From: Eledone cirrhosa
Taxonomy: Eukaryota
Reading direction: 5' to 3'
Assembly: GCA_964016885.1 (NCBI GenBank)
Contig: OZ024743.1
Span: 94,736,001 to 94,800,000, forward strand
Length of the DNA stretch: 64,000 nt
Below, one piece after another: positions 23,400 through 36,098 of the stretch; the stretch's first letter is position 1, and every line of letters begins with the position of its first letter. Made by a program: the position numbers and the translations under genes. The notes under the pieces are model-generated. The model worked only from the letters and a program-made list of their open reading frames with translations. It had not been told where the DNA came from and did not search any database.

Positions 23400-24520
23400 T
23401 CATTTTACGTTCGCTTTTCCCTGCTTGCAAGGATGAGACGGGTCCTCTTCAGCACAGAATCTCTCCATTCGTCATGGTTCCCAGTCATCTCTGTGAGCTT
23501 CAGCGATCTGAGGTCAGCTCTCACCACCTCCGCCCATGTTTTTCGTGGTCTTCCTCTACTGCGACTTCCTTCCACCGGGATTTCTTGGTACTTCTCCACC
23601 CAGCCGTCACCCTCCATGCACATTTGTCCCACGCACTACAGTTTATCACTCATATACTGTTTCACTCTCAACCCGTCTATGCTTGATCGTACGCGCACAT
23701 TGACATTGTACATCCATTGGAGCATGCTTACTTCATTTCTCTCCAGCCGTCGCATATCCTCCGCATTTGCTGCCCATGTTTCACTACCATGCAGCATCGC
23801 TCATCTCACACAGGCATCTTATGACCGACCTTTCGTTCGTAGGGCGAAACACTTCGTTGTCAACAGAGGAGGCAGCTCTCTAAACTCCTTCCATCCTGTC
23901 CTTATTCTAGATATTATGACCTCGGAGCATCCTCCTCGCTTGCTAATATGATCACCTAGGTATCGGAAGCTATCAACTACCTCTATAGATCCTACTTGCA
24001 TTTGAAAAATATGCTTATCACTGACACTTCTACTATCAATTTTCCCTGAACATCCACTACATATGAGGTTTTCCTTTCCTGTTACTTTGCCTGCTATCCC
24101 ACTACACCTATTGTGTATCCAAAATCTGCATTGTGTACATTCTATAGAGTTTATATCCAACTCCTTCTCTATATACAGTATATGGTCATTTCCCTGATGG
24201 AATCAGACTTTTGTCCTCTTTCCTACTTATCACACTTTAGTCTTTGCTAGGTTCACTCTCAGTCCTCTTGAGTCCAACTGCTGTTTCCTTAGCCATAATT
24301 TATTCTCTAGCCCCTCTGCTGTTTCTGCTATACCAGATCGTCAGAATAGAGAAGTTCCCATGGGCAGCCAGTATTAAACTCCTCTGATATGGCTTGGAGA
24401 ACTAAAATGAATAAAAGTGGGCTGAGGACTGAACACTGATGTACTCCTACTTGTGTCTGGAATTCCTCACTAAACTCCATTCTTACTCTCACTTTACTAA
24501 CAGCTCCTCTCTACATAGCT
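23400..24520 (-). mobile_element. Decayed RTE-clade LINE (RT and 3' end; duplicate at ~55218-56339)
   Basis: GCPWELLYSDDL-like motif, EVVDSFRYLGD, RIRTGWKEFRELPPLL, GRPRKTW. Confidence 0.85.
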
Positions 24521-24701
24521 TAAGGGAACAAAGAATCAGTGTTGCATCATATACATATTTATTTACATATTACATGTGTTACACTGTTGATCAGCTCGAG
24601 GAACGATCGATTAATGTTCGATTCTGACTCTGGAATCGTAAAGCTCCACAGATATGTTTTAACATGTAGACTGGCGTCAACACTGATTCTTTGTTCCCTT
24701 A
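24521..24701. mobile_element. MITE with perfect 24-bp terminal inverted repeats (duplicate at 56340-56520)
   Basis: TAAGGGAACAAAGAATCAGTGTTG ... CAACACTGATTCTTTGTTCCCTTA. Confidence 0.8.
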
Positions 24702-24737
24702 TATATTATTATTATTATTGATACTCTGCTCTCCACC

Positions 24738-24765
24738 ATATATATATATATATAAATATAAATAA

Positions 24766-24856
<91 letters not shown>

Positions 24857-24863
24857 TAAATAA

Positions 24864-24922
<59 letters not shown>
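24738..24922. repeat. (AT)n microsatellite (others at ~23297-23388 and 25378-25452)
   Basis: Directly visible. Confidence 0.95.
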
Positions 24923-24925
<3 letters not shown>

Positions 24926-25129
24926 GGAAAAAATGAAACGATATTTCATTTCCCACTCTTAGTACGGCTGTTACTTAAATATAAGTATGTACACGTACAT
25001 ACATATTTGTATACAGACGTACAGTAGTTTGTATATATATATATACATACATGCACAAATAAATAAATATATAAACAGACTAAATAAAGATGGTTTAGAA
25101 AATACAATGCAACGGGAGGAAACAATAGC

Positions 25130-25172
25130 ACCACTGACGATGTTGCAGATATGCAACGAAAGAACTTTGATA
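25130..25172 (+). ncRNA. Minimal type I hammerhead of a second PLE family
   Basis: ACCA CUGACGA U GUUGCA gaua UGCAAC GAAA GAAC UU^UGAU; stem I is imperfect. Confidence 0.75.
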
Positions 25173-25372
25173 AACTATATATATGTGTTTGCGTCTATAT
25201 TGTATCTGTATTATTTTTGACCGTTGGTCAGCCAATGGCAACATTAAGGACCGAATAAATTAGATTACCGATATAAAAGACACAGAAGCGAAAAGCGAAA
25301 ACCAACCAAACAGTGAGTGTGTTCTGTTATTAATTCTGGCAATATTACACAAATATAACCCTCCCCAAGTAT

Positions 25373-25451
<79 letters not shown>

Positions 25452-25454
<3 letters not shown>

Positions 25455-26257
25455 CTTTATTAGCCACAAGGGCGCAACAAGAAAGGGGACAATACAAAGA
25501 CATGCCGGGGATTTTACATACAGTCGTGTAAAAAATATAAAAACAAACAATTTCAACAATCGAAATCCCCAATAGGGGGGAGGCGCCACAAATGGGTTGT
25601 TTAATACCCCGTCGATAGAACAACCCTCAACCCAAGGAGCGTGTTGTGCAAGTGCTCCTTTCTTCCTTTTGCTCTCTTCCTCAACCTACAGGCTTATAAA
25701 CAGAGAAGGCCCAATCACTCGGGCCATTTTCGCTTCTTTCACCCACCTTTCAGTAAATTTACTGGGGTGCAGTGCCTCTCTCTCCACCCTGATTCTCCTT
25801 CTAAAGGGATACTTAAAGAATGGAATCAATTGTTGTCCGGAGAGAAAGGCATCTGTCCTCAGTCCTCTCAACCTCGTCCACCATATAACTTCTTTCACCA
25901 TAGCCACCGTACAGAGGAAAACCGACTCTCTTTCGTTTTTGAAAGAGTCTGGCGGTTTGATCCTTACTATGGACTCGGCAGTCAACTGTATTTGTCCCAT
26001 ACGCGACAGCAGTTGTTCTGCATAGTTCCACAGGTCGCTTACGCCCGGGCAGTGTACAATTGCGTGCAGAACTGTTTCAATGTCCTGCGCACATCTTGGA
26101 CACGTCCTCTTGGACGGATCCCTGCCAGGGCGTCCGTGCCTGTAGATCTTGTCACGAACCGGTAGAGCTCCTCGGTAGCACTGCCAGGCCAGGGACCTCT
26201 GGAAGTTGTCCATAGGTCCCGGGCGGAAAGTCCTACCAAACATACTGGTGAGTTCAT
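25452..26257 (-). mobile_element. 5'-truncated Tx1/L1-clade LINE insertion (block A only)
   Basis: zf-RVT-like AWQCYRGALPV...CPRC...ETVLHAIVHCP; AATAAA followed by an (AT)n tail; absent at 60480-60540. Confidence 0.85.
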
Positions 26258-27364
26258 CAGATAGATAGATATATATGCAATGACTGATGATATGCAATTA
26301 CAATAAATTTAGTCCATTAGATTATTATTCTTATATCGTTAAACAAAAGTGTATTATCTGCATATGGCATCTGATTTGCTTGAATATAACCATAAGCATT
26401 AGTACAAGAAAAGACTATTTATTTCTATATTACCATTCTTTAGGATGTTTTAGGATGGTGGATTTATAATCATGAAATCGTGCTTTCACGTTTTGTTCTT
26501 GAGCAGGACGCTTCATTTCCAATTGGTCAAGTCCGCTCAGCTGAAATATAAAAAAGAGTTGTATGCGTAATGACTGCAGATTAAATACTAGTCTGACGGG
26601 CAGGAATCACTCAAGTGTGGTTCTTATTGCCACAAGTGTGACCTTTTCTGTCTCATTGCTTTTGATTTTGCAGCCACGACGGTAGCTCTGGAATGATTAT
26701 GTGGTTTTCAGAGCCTTATAATTTCATACTGATTCCTCTTGACACCTGGTCATCTCCTGTGACCTTTTCACACACATATATTGTGCTATAAAAGTCACAA
26801 GGAGTTAGGGGGTGTTAATACCACTGCAAATGCCCTCTAGTTGTCACTCTTTTATTTCGCTGGTTCAGGTATTGTGGTATGAACCTATGCGTATATCTGT
26901 GGAGGACTTGCTGCTTCCACTAATCCTCTTTGTTGAAAACCTGGCGGATGTTTTCATGTATTTTGATAGGATTGATGGAAACCAAATCCTTCCACACATC
27001 GTCTAGGACCTCCTGCAACTGTTCTTTTTAGGTAATGTGAAGCCTTTGAACGTTTAACAATACAGAGATATGTTACCCTCCTTTTTTGTTTTGGCTCTTG
27101 TAAGTGTTGCTCCGACATTTTAGATCATATCCGTTGCTAATATTTTTGGGAAAAGCACGAGTATGCCCCAATGACATTGTTTCTCACATTTTAAAATCTA
27201 AAATCTTTTGTCTCCTCTGAAGAAGGAATAATTCGCCTCTATTTTATAGAAACCTTTGAATACAATAAACATTTATTTCTTCTCCAGGAAATGAATGAGC
27301 AATTAAAACAGCTTTAATGTATTTTTTTAAATAAACAATAATAAATAGGGACGAATGATTAATA

Positions 27365-27551
27365 ATTGTTTCTACTTTAGGCACAAGGCCAGCAAATACC
27401 CAGTGCATTACTGGTACTTTATTTTATCGACCCCGTAAGGATGAAAGGCAAAATCAACCTCGGCGGGATTTGAACTCAGATCGTAAAGGGACGTAACTAT
27501 GCTGGAAAGCATGGCGTCCGACCCTCTACCTATACTGCCAATCCACCGCCC
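27365..27551 (-). mobile_element. Full-length tRNA-derived SINE (duplicate at ~61626-61812; further copies at ~32260-32470, 32912-33101, 57275-57438)
   Basis: Minus strand reads ggcggtggaTTGGCAGTATAGG (A-box) ... GAGTTCAAATCC (B-box), then the conserved core. Confidence 0.85.
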
Positions 27552-27841
27552 TTTACTGCCAATCCGGTAGTTTCTTATATACATTTAATGAACATATACA
27601 TTTATATACATTTAAAGACACCGTGGAAACTATTGCGATAGTCAAGTATTACGTTGGATATTTGCAGTAGTGAGAATTACGATACAAATACAATCAAGGG
27701 CATAAAAAACAAATATTGCCACATTTGTTTATATCTTTATATTCACACGGTCAAAGAAATAACTGTATAAAGTAGGCCTAATTAAAATATATCAAACAGA
27801 ACACACCCAAAATAACATTACCCGTATAATAAATGCTGAAA

Positions 27842-27872
<31 letters not shown>

Positions 27873-28379
27873 CTTGAACCCTCCAATATTGAACTAGTTC
27901 TTTATTTATTGACCTCAAAATGATGAAAGCAAAGTTAACCTCATCAGGATTTGAACTCAGAGCACAAAGTGTCGGAATGTGTGATGCAAAGCATTCTATT
28001 CGACGTTCAATTCACCGCGTTTAGTTGAACCGCTGATCAGCAAAGCGTTAATTGAAGATTTTCTCAGGAGGCTCAGGACGTATCATGGATAATTTGTGAG
28101 AAGGTATTTGAGTATCTTCTCCACGCGTGGATTCTGGAAATATAAGTCTTGAGTAAAGTAAAAGCAATTAAAGGTACATACATCAAATTTAAATACAGTA
28201 GTACAACCCCATCATCTTGTGACAATAGGAATGTATTTGAGAGATCAGGGGAGGGCTGGTTGAACTGTAGCCAAGAGCCAACAATATTTTAAATAGCCCC
28301 AAACATAAATAAACGTTAACTTTATAGATTAATACAAAGTACGCTTTTCTTAGCCATTAATTTTACTTCCTTTGCAACA

Positions 28380-29220
28380 ACAGTTGCTACAGTTCCCTCG
28401 GTTTGTCCAGTCTAGATATTAGTCATGAGATCACTACCAAATATTTTGCTCTCTTTCAAGATCGAATGAAACTTCTTACTCCTCTCATGTTTTTCAACGA
28501 GTTTCAACATCCAGTCGTTTGTTGCTCCAAGATATTTAGCCAGTCTAATTGTAGTAGTTTTGTAAGACAGTTCAAATTGCTTCGGACTCATTGAGTTCTG
28601 GGAAGGTAAAGACAATCCACATCTGCCTTTGAGTGCCAATTCTCTTTATTTCACTGAAATTCCAGTTCAACACATTGAAGCGATAATTAACAACTGGAAT
28701 TGTCATGTGCATTTAGCTCAGATTTCAGAACTGCTCGTTTTCTCCTATAACATTCTTTCCTTATATTCTCTTTCATGATTGCATGCTGAATGTCGGAGCC
28801 TTCATTTATACCTAGGTATTTATAGGTTTGTTTCTGCTCAAGTTCGTTTATAACTGCTCCAACACCCAATTCAACTTATCAAACCCAACATCCAGGCACA
28901 TTTATCAAACCCAAATTCCATCTCGGTGTAATCACTGAATATTTTCACAGTACGTAAAAGGACTTCAAGCTCATCATTGTCTTCGCCATATAGTTTTAGC
29001 TAATCCATATACAATAAATGGCTTATTTTCCTGTCGTCAATTTTATATCGATAATTTTTTCTGTTAAGTCCCATTGTAAGGGATATACAAATTATTAGAG
29101 GTGAAAGTGAGTCACCTTGGAAAATGCCACAGTCGATGCTAATATTGCTTGAAATAAGTACTCCATTAGAATTATATAACTGGAGATTCATGTTCCACAA
29201 TAACATGTTGTTTCAGAAAG
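28380..29220 (-). mobile_element. Decayed R4/Dong-like non-LTR RT fragment (duplicate at ~62660-63455)
   Basis: GIFQGDSLSPL, ISHLLYMD, MEFGFDKC, YKYLGI. Confidence 0.8.
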
Positions 29221-29405
29221 TTAGAAATTATTGGAGAAAACTGATGAGTAGATGGAGGGAAGTCATCGATAATGATGTGAATTATATAGAGGGCTAATTT
29301 TTAATAAAATGTGAAATTTGATGACTTGTTTTTCTGACCTAAATTTCGGACATTACTTATGGGATGACCTGATAAATGAGGGTAACGTCTTCTTCCTCTT
29401 TCTGT

Positions 29406-29546
<141 letters not shown>

Positions 29547-29834
29547 CTCTAAACAAATGACTTCTTTTTCTCTCTCTATTCGCTTGACGCCCTCGCTCTC
29601 TCTATATAGATTAGGGTGACGTCGCAACTTTCTGTCTATCTACCTCTTTCTGTCACCTCGAAAGCACACAACGTTCGCTTTTCTATCTCTATATACATAT
29701 CTCTCACTGGGCACTCCCCCTCTAGATACACAGTGAGCGTGACGGACGGACCGACGAACAGACAGTGCTCTTATAATATAGATTGGGGAATTTTCTTTTC
29801 AATCTATTTTTTCAGAAATCATCATTATTATTGA

Positions 29835-31900
29835 TTTCTTTATTAGCCACACAGGGCTCACATTAAGAAAAAATTAAAGACAGTACAGGACGGTACAGTG
29901 TAGGGTTTTTTTCGTGTAAAATAAAATTTATAACAGAGACTAAAAAATAAACAATTAAATAATGAAACAACAAATTCCTCAAAAGTGGGGAGACCTCTGA
30001 CTGTCACTCGTAGAGAAAGCCCACAAAAAGCCTCGGTCACCCTGACTGCTAGGGCAAGTGCCCTCTCCCAGCTGTCCTCCTTCAATCTACAGACGTATAC
30101 TCAAGGCAGCCCATTTATTCGGACCATGATCGCCACTTACACCCACCTTTCAACAAACTGGTTGGAAGGCAGCATTTCTCTCTCCACCCTGATTTTCTCT
30201 TCAAGTGAAATCGGAAAAAGATAATCAGAGCTTCACCGAAGAGAAAAGTTCTGCTCTTCAACCCTTTCAAACGCGTCCACCACACAACCTCTTTTACCAT
30301 AACCAGCAGGCAGATGAAAACTTTCCTCTAAAGGAAGGCGGGTGAGCGATCTACACAAAAGATTGTCGATAGTCGCATCCTTCCACACATGACAGCAGGT
30401 GTTCGACATAAACCCACTGGTCAGCAATACTCGAACACTCGATGGGTGCGTGCAGGACGATTTCAAACTGGCAAAGCTCCACGGTAGCACTGGCAGGCCA
30501 GGGATTTCTGGAAGTTATCCATGAACCCTAGACCGAAAGTCCTCTGAAAAAGAGTGGCTAGTTTATTTTTCCTCAACGCCCAGAATCACCCCGAGAACGT
30601 CGTCGCTCTTACCATCCACGACAACATCCACCTTATGCGATACATCATAGAAAGTGTGGCTAAGAAACCTGGCACGAGTGGGGCCCTGATTAATTTAGAT
30701 TAGTCGAAAGCTTCGATAGGGTCGACCATCGCTACTGCGCGGCAATCCTCAAAGTAGTTGACTTCGGACCCGTTTTCAGGGGCTGGATCGCTGTAATGTA
30801 CTGCGACATATGCTCTGTGGTTAGAGTGAACGGTCACCTTACGGAATCGTTCAACATCATGCATTCGGTCCACCAAGGTTGTTCTCTTTCGTCACTTTTG
30901 TATGTATTGACTCTTGAGCCATTACTACACAAATTGGAGACGTCACAGGGTATCCTGCGCGAACTAGGATGTGGGAGATCTGTGTCAACATATGCCGACG
31001 ACGTCATCGTAGTGGTGTCGAACACCAAACAAATCGAGTTGATCAGAATCACTCTCAAGGAGTAAGAAGCGGTAACAGGAGCAAAAATGAACCAAGAAAG
31101 GTCGCTGGGTCTTTCTGTAGACTTGTCCCTGCAGCTCGGCATTTGCAGGGACAGGTCTACACCGTTTAACAGCATCATTGGACGCTGGCCGAACAGACAG
31201 GTTGAATTGTTTAGTGTTTGATTTGGTCCAGACCTCCCTATGAACAAAACTCGGGGCGAGGTAATGCCTATATAGTCGACTACTTTGAATTATGGACAAC
31301 CTATACTAGACGTATCTATTTCTCTACAGAATATCTAGATACGATCTGGATGACCCGGTGCGGTTTGTCTGTCTTCACAATGGCACATTTGGGAAATCCA
31401 GTCAGTACCTGTCAGACAGCTGGAAGCGACTGAGTATGTTAGCGTGGTATTTACACCTCCTCCCCTATCTGCTAGTACCACACAGTCCCAGCCTGTATCC
31501 AAGATACCGTTCCAGTCCCCCATGACTCTAAAGAGCGGAATGCTCCTAGAAATGTTTCAATGCGCTTGAAGAAATCAGACCGTCCTACTCATGTGGGGCT
31601 TAGACTGCCACAAGCCTGAAGACATACTCTTCATTGCTAGTCAGCACTACCAACGTATCTTCTAGATCTAGGAATATGATTTGTATCGCGAGATCCAGGC
31701 CTTTCCGAAACAACACAGCTTGGAGCTGCGTAAACTTCGTAGCCACCGAAAATGGATGTAAAAGTTGGTGCGTCGAAAATTCTGGTGTTGCTGATAACCA
31801 CCACATCTGTATTTAGTGAACTGAGGTCGTTGAGTTGGTGACTCTGCTTCCAAGATGACCTCAGGCCACGTAGCTCCGTGCATTTACATGGCTTATCCTG
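29835..31900 (-). mobile_element. Decayed Tx1/L1-clade LINE with an internally inverted RT segment
   Basis: APE motifs (RGLRS, RLVAV, GDWN) and the 3' end (same tttctttattagccac as 25452) are on minus. RT motifs KAFDRVDH, QGCSLS and YADD are on plus at ~30680-31250. Confidence 0.82.
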
Positions 31901-31939
31901 AATGAAGTCATGTTCGATGAAGAGGAAGAAAAGTAGGAA

Positions 31940-32165
31940 AGGCAATCTGTCCAGCGATTCTTTCCTGATACATTCTAACCACATGCCCATACTATCGTAG
32001 CTGTGATCTCTGAATTGGAGAAGTAGCAGCTCTACCTGGAGTGACTCTCTCATCTCCGAGCTACACACTTTATCGAGTAACGTTACTCTAAAGACCCTTC
32101 GGAGGAACCTCATTTCGGTTATTGCTCAAGATTCATGGCCATAGATAAGGGTTGGCACGAATACC
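31940..32165 (-). mobile_element. RTE LINE fragment
   Basis: EMRFLRRVFRVTLLDKVCSSEMRESLQV; overlaps in sequence with the element at 16328. Confidence 0.75.
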
Positions 32166-34203
32166 GTGAATATATATTATCCAATATCAATAATATATAT
32201 ATAAATAGTATCAATATATGATTTAATATGAATATCAATATATTATCCAATACCAATAATTGTTTCTGATTTATGCACAAGGCTAACCATTTTGAGGGAG
32301 AGAAAGTCGATTAAATCGACCCCAGTGCGTTACTGGTACTTTATGTTATCGACCTCGTAAAGACAATCGTCAAAGCTAACCTCCGTGGGATTTGAAATCA
32401 GAACGTAAAGGGACGTAACTAAATGCTACAATGCATTTTGTCCGAATCTCTAGGGATTTTACCAATCCAGTGTCCTCTACTTTATAAAAAAAAGACAAAT
32501 ACTTAACTCCTGAAATCTAATATCATGTAATAATGATATTTTAGTCCAAGGTTTGAATTTAAATTTGAATACTTTAATAAAGTCGGTATTTGGTGGGTTT
32601 GTGCTTTAGGGTTAACCCTTTTGATATCAACCCGCCTGAAACCGCCCATTGTTCTATGATACAAAACTACCTGTATTAAAACCTTGCATTATAATTTTAT
32701 TTAAGAACATTTTGTTAAATGATGTTCTAAATATCAGATTAATAATAAGAAGGTAAAATATTTTACTAAATTTCTTCATTTTTTAAAATTTCAAAATTAA
32801 TTGAAATGCATTGGCAGCAACTTTCATGAGAAATATGGTAACTAAATGCTACAATGTATTTTGTCCGGTGCTCTACCAATTCTGCCAACCCACCGCCGTT
32901 TCAATATCAATAATTGTTTCTACTTTTGGCACAACGCAAGTAATTACTGCAGTGTATTATTTGTACTTTATTTTATCGACCCCGTAAGGATGAAAGGCAA
33001 AGTCAACCTCCGCGGGATTTGAATTCAGACCATAAAGGGCCGTAATATTTTGCTGCAAAGCATGGCGTCCGACCCTCTACCGATACTGCCAATCCACCGC
33101 CGTTTCAATATCAATAATACCGCTATATCAACGCCGTCTGAAGAAGGATTATCCAGAAGACGCAGGATTATAAATATATTTTATTATTTCATGCAAAGCC
33201 AAACATTTTAACATACACTTTTGAGTGCACCAGATTCCCAGTAGAAACAGTAGAAAGCGGTTAACTTCACCCTAACCGGTGGATCTTCAATCGAGCGTGG
33301 GTAGGTAAACGTGAGTGTTTCTATATTCATTTTTTTACTATAAAAATAATGGTGATGTATTATTTATTATGTGCTTCCGGAATAGCTATTTATTTGTTTG
33401 TTTGTTCATTTATTAATGTCCTTAGTTTTACACAACTTCTTGTTTGACGTATTTTTTCTTTAACGTTCATGAGCCACTAAATCCTGTTCCATATAACTGT
33501 TTTGTCTTTTTCGCCTATGCTCCTACGGTTTTTACACACACACCTCACTCGTTTTTAACACCTCATGTAATTGTATGCATGAATTAAATTAATGACTAAT
33601 TTACTTCTAGTTGAGGTTTGGATCAAATATTCAGCATGTCTTCAAAGGGAAGATGCATAAAAAAAAGAAAAAGCTATATTTTCTATAGTAAAACGGCACA
33701 TGTTTCTAAATGTACTCTCATACTTCAATGTTTACATCAATAGTAAGTTGCTGAATATCCTCGTCAACTGGGAATAATTACATTAATTTTCCCAAATTGT
33801 TGAATGATAGTCTCAATGGTCTGAGAAAATAAGAAAAAAAGAGTTAGTAGCTAGGTGTTAACTCTATTACGTGATCAATTATCATTTAAATCCCCCAAAA
33901 GCCTTGTGTGGTATGTTTCCGAATAAAAACACAAATCACATGCCACTAAATGTGCTTTTTATGAATTTTCAAATGTCACAAACACAAAGGTGTATTTTCA
34001 ATGTTTCTTTTCATTACTCTGGCATAAATCTATAAATGTCTCACTTGATTCTTTTAATTTTAACTGACTCAGGGTTGTATATGAACGATAATTTTGTCAT
34101 ATGTTAATTTGAAACGCCTGTGACACGCAAGTTCAGCAACAAACAAAGATTCAGTGCCAAATGTCCTTTCTAACTACTAAGATATAAAGATATATCATTT
34201 AAT

Positions 34204-34375
34204 TACTGTTTTTCCCGGCGCTGAAGACGCTTCGTCTTCGAGAAGGCACCCTAATTTTGACAACCAAAAATTTGAAAAAAATAATATACAACCTTCGGCC
34301 TCCAGGACGCATGGTAGATTTTTGAGACTTATTTTAGGAAAAAAAGTACTGTCTTCGACGCCGGGAAGTACAGTA
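34204..34375. mobile_element. Tc1/mariner-type MITE
   Basis: TIRs TACTGTTTTTCCCGGCGCTGAAGAC and (reverse complement) TACTGTACTTCCCGGCGTCGAAGAC. Confidence 0.75.
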
Positions 34376-35261
34376 TTTAATTATTATTAAGGACAGACCA
34401 TAACAAAGAATAACATAGTGTATGCTATTTTACATTTTCCTGGTCTGTAAAATGCAGCTTCCGGTCAAAGGTAAGTAATATCAAATCCATATCATGGACC
34501 CTTAACTCCTAATGGAGTCGTCGAGGTGCTGGCGTGACTTACGACATGACTCAAGTATTTAAATCTGGCGGAGTCCATCTCTGTTTATGTCTGAACACAA
34601 CTGAGTTCTTCCAGAGAAAGAAAAGGAGAGGGCGAGAGAGGGGAGAGGGTATAAAGGAAAAATCGACCTCTGTATTGGACTAGACATGAAACAAAGTATT
34701 GGTGGTGGTAGTGGCTAGGGATATGTTCAACTCAAATACTTCCAAGGCGGTGTCCCAGCATAACTGCAGTAAAATAATTGAAACAAGTAAAAGAATAGAT
34801 GAATAAAAGAATAACTAACAAGAGGACAGCGTTTCTCTCCCCGGCTTCTTAAACATCAGCCCCCCCTCTGCCCCCCACATTTTGGTAGGCAGTGAAATGT
34901 AACTGCCCCAGTGTCCTTTCTTAAGTAAGAACGCCAGTCAAGGGAGGCAAAATATTTTGTTACATAACTATGCAATGTTCTGTTGTTTTGTGTTCCTGAA
35001 AATTAACCAATGTTCAGAATTAAGCTTTTACAAGTAAATTTTGGCCACAAATGTCCTGCCTTTGTTACCGACTTCATTTTGCTATTTATGAAGTTGTTAT
35101 TGTGTGTGTATGTGTGTATGTGTGAGTGTGTGTGTGTGTACGTGTGCGCGCGTGTGTGTGTATTTACCCTTAACAGTCGGCGCTATCTGTATATGTCACG
35201 TAACATGTTCCATCGATTGACTACCACGCATCGCAAATCGATAATAGACAGACAAACAGCT

Positions 35262-35709
35262 AGTGCTTATCACATTCTTGAGTAATGTACTGTTCTTCAG
35301 GGCGTATAAGGCTTATAAATATTAGTTTCTCTCTTGGTGTGGTGATCCTAGCTATTTCTTGTATTAGGTTACGCTTTTGTTTTTCTTGATGACTTAATTC
35401 TCTATAGATCTTCTTTTTTATGTTTAGAATTAATGTTCGTTTTAGCCTATCTGCTTGTTTTTTGGTGAGTTGTAATCTTCTAACGTCAGTATTGATGGTG
35501 TTGGTGTAGATTCTGGACGAGGCACACTGCTTTATGAAGCATAGTTGTCGAGATGTTATGGTTTTTCGTAGACAACAGAACATGGTGGTTTTCAGTATCT
35601 TGTTAGCCTGGCTAAGGCTTACGATATTTCGTTTCTGAATTTGTTTAGCAAGATTCTTTATCTGAAATCGTGTGTTGAAACCGATATTGTTATACTTTGG
35701 GAGGGTCAT
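35262..35709 (-). pseudogene. Partial PLE ORF N-terminus without the frameshift (A6)
   Basis: MTLPKYNN...VRRLQLTKKQADRLKRTL... is one continuous frame, truncated at the element end. Confidence 0.85.
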
Positions 35710-35849
35710 GTTGCCAATAAGAAACACACGCACCAGTTGCTTTCACTTCAATTTATTATATATTTATAAATTTATAAATTTACAAATCTACAAATTTATA
35801 AATTTCTGGTTGGTTGGTTGGTTCCACAACCAGATAGTTGTTTATATAT

Positions 35850-35894
35850 AGTCATAGTCCTTTCGTCACACACTCTGTGACCTCTTCAGTGACT
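35850..35894 (-). ncRNA. Minimal type I hammerhead ribozyme in the PLE pLTR
   Basis: Identical to 9-53. Confidence 0.88.
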
Positions 35895-36098
35895 GGGGAT
35901 TCCTTTCTTTGTTTCTGTGCCTTTCCTTTCTTCTGTCCTACGCCATTTTGTTTCTGTGTGTGTGTTGTGTGCTCAGTTTGCGCATGCGCCACATCCGGGT
36001 GTCTGTGTGTGTTTGTGTTCATTTATCTATTTGTTTATTTATTTACATGTTATTGGTTGGTTGTTTGTTCTATGTGTGTGTGTGTTTTCATTTTGTCC

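Noticed and set aside
27365-27551. tRNA gene suggested by A/B boxes
   Set aside because: No cloverleaf; it is a multi-copy SINE head.
33138-33170. CTGAAGAAGGATTATCCAGAAG hammerhead-like motif (similar at ~27217)
   Set aside because: No GAAA and no stem I; at best a relic.
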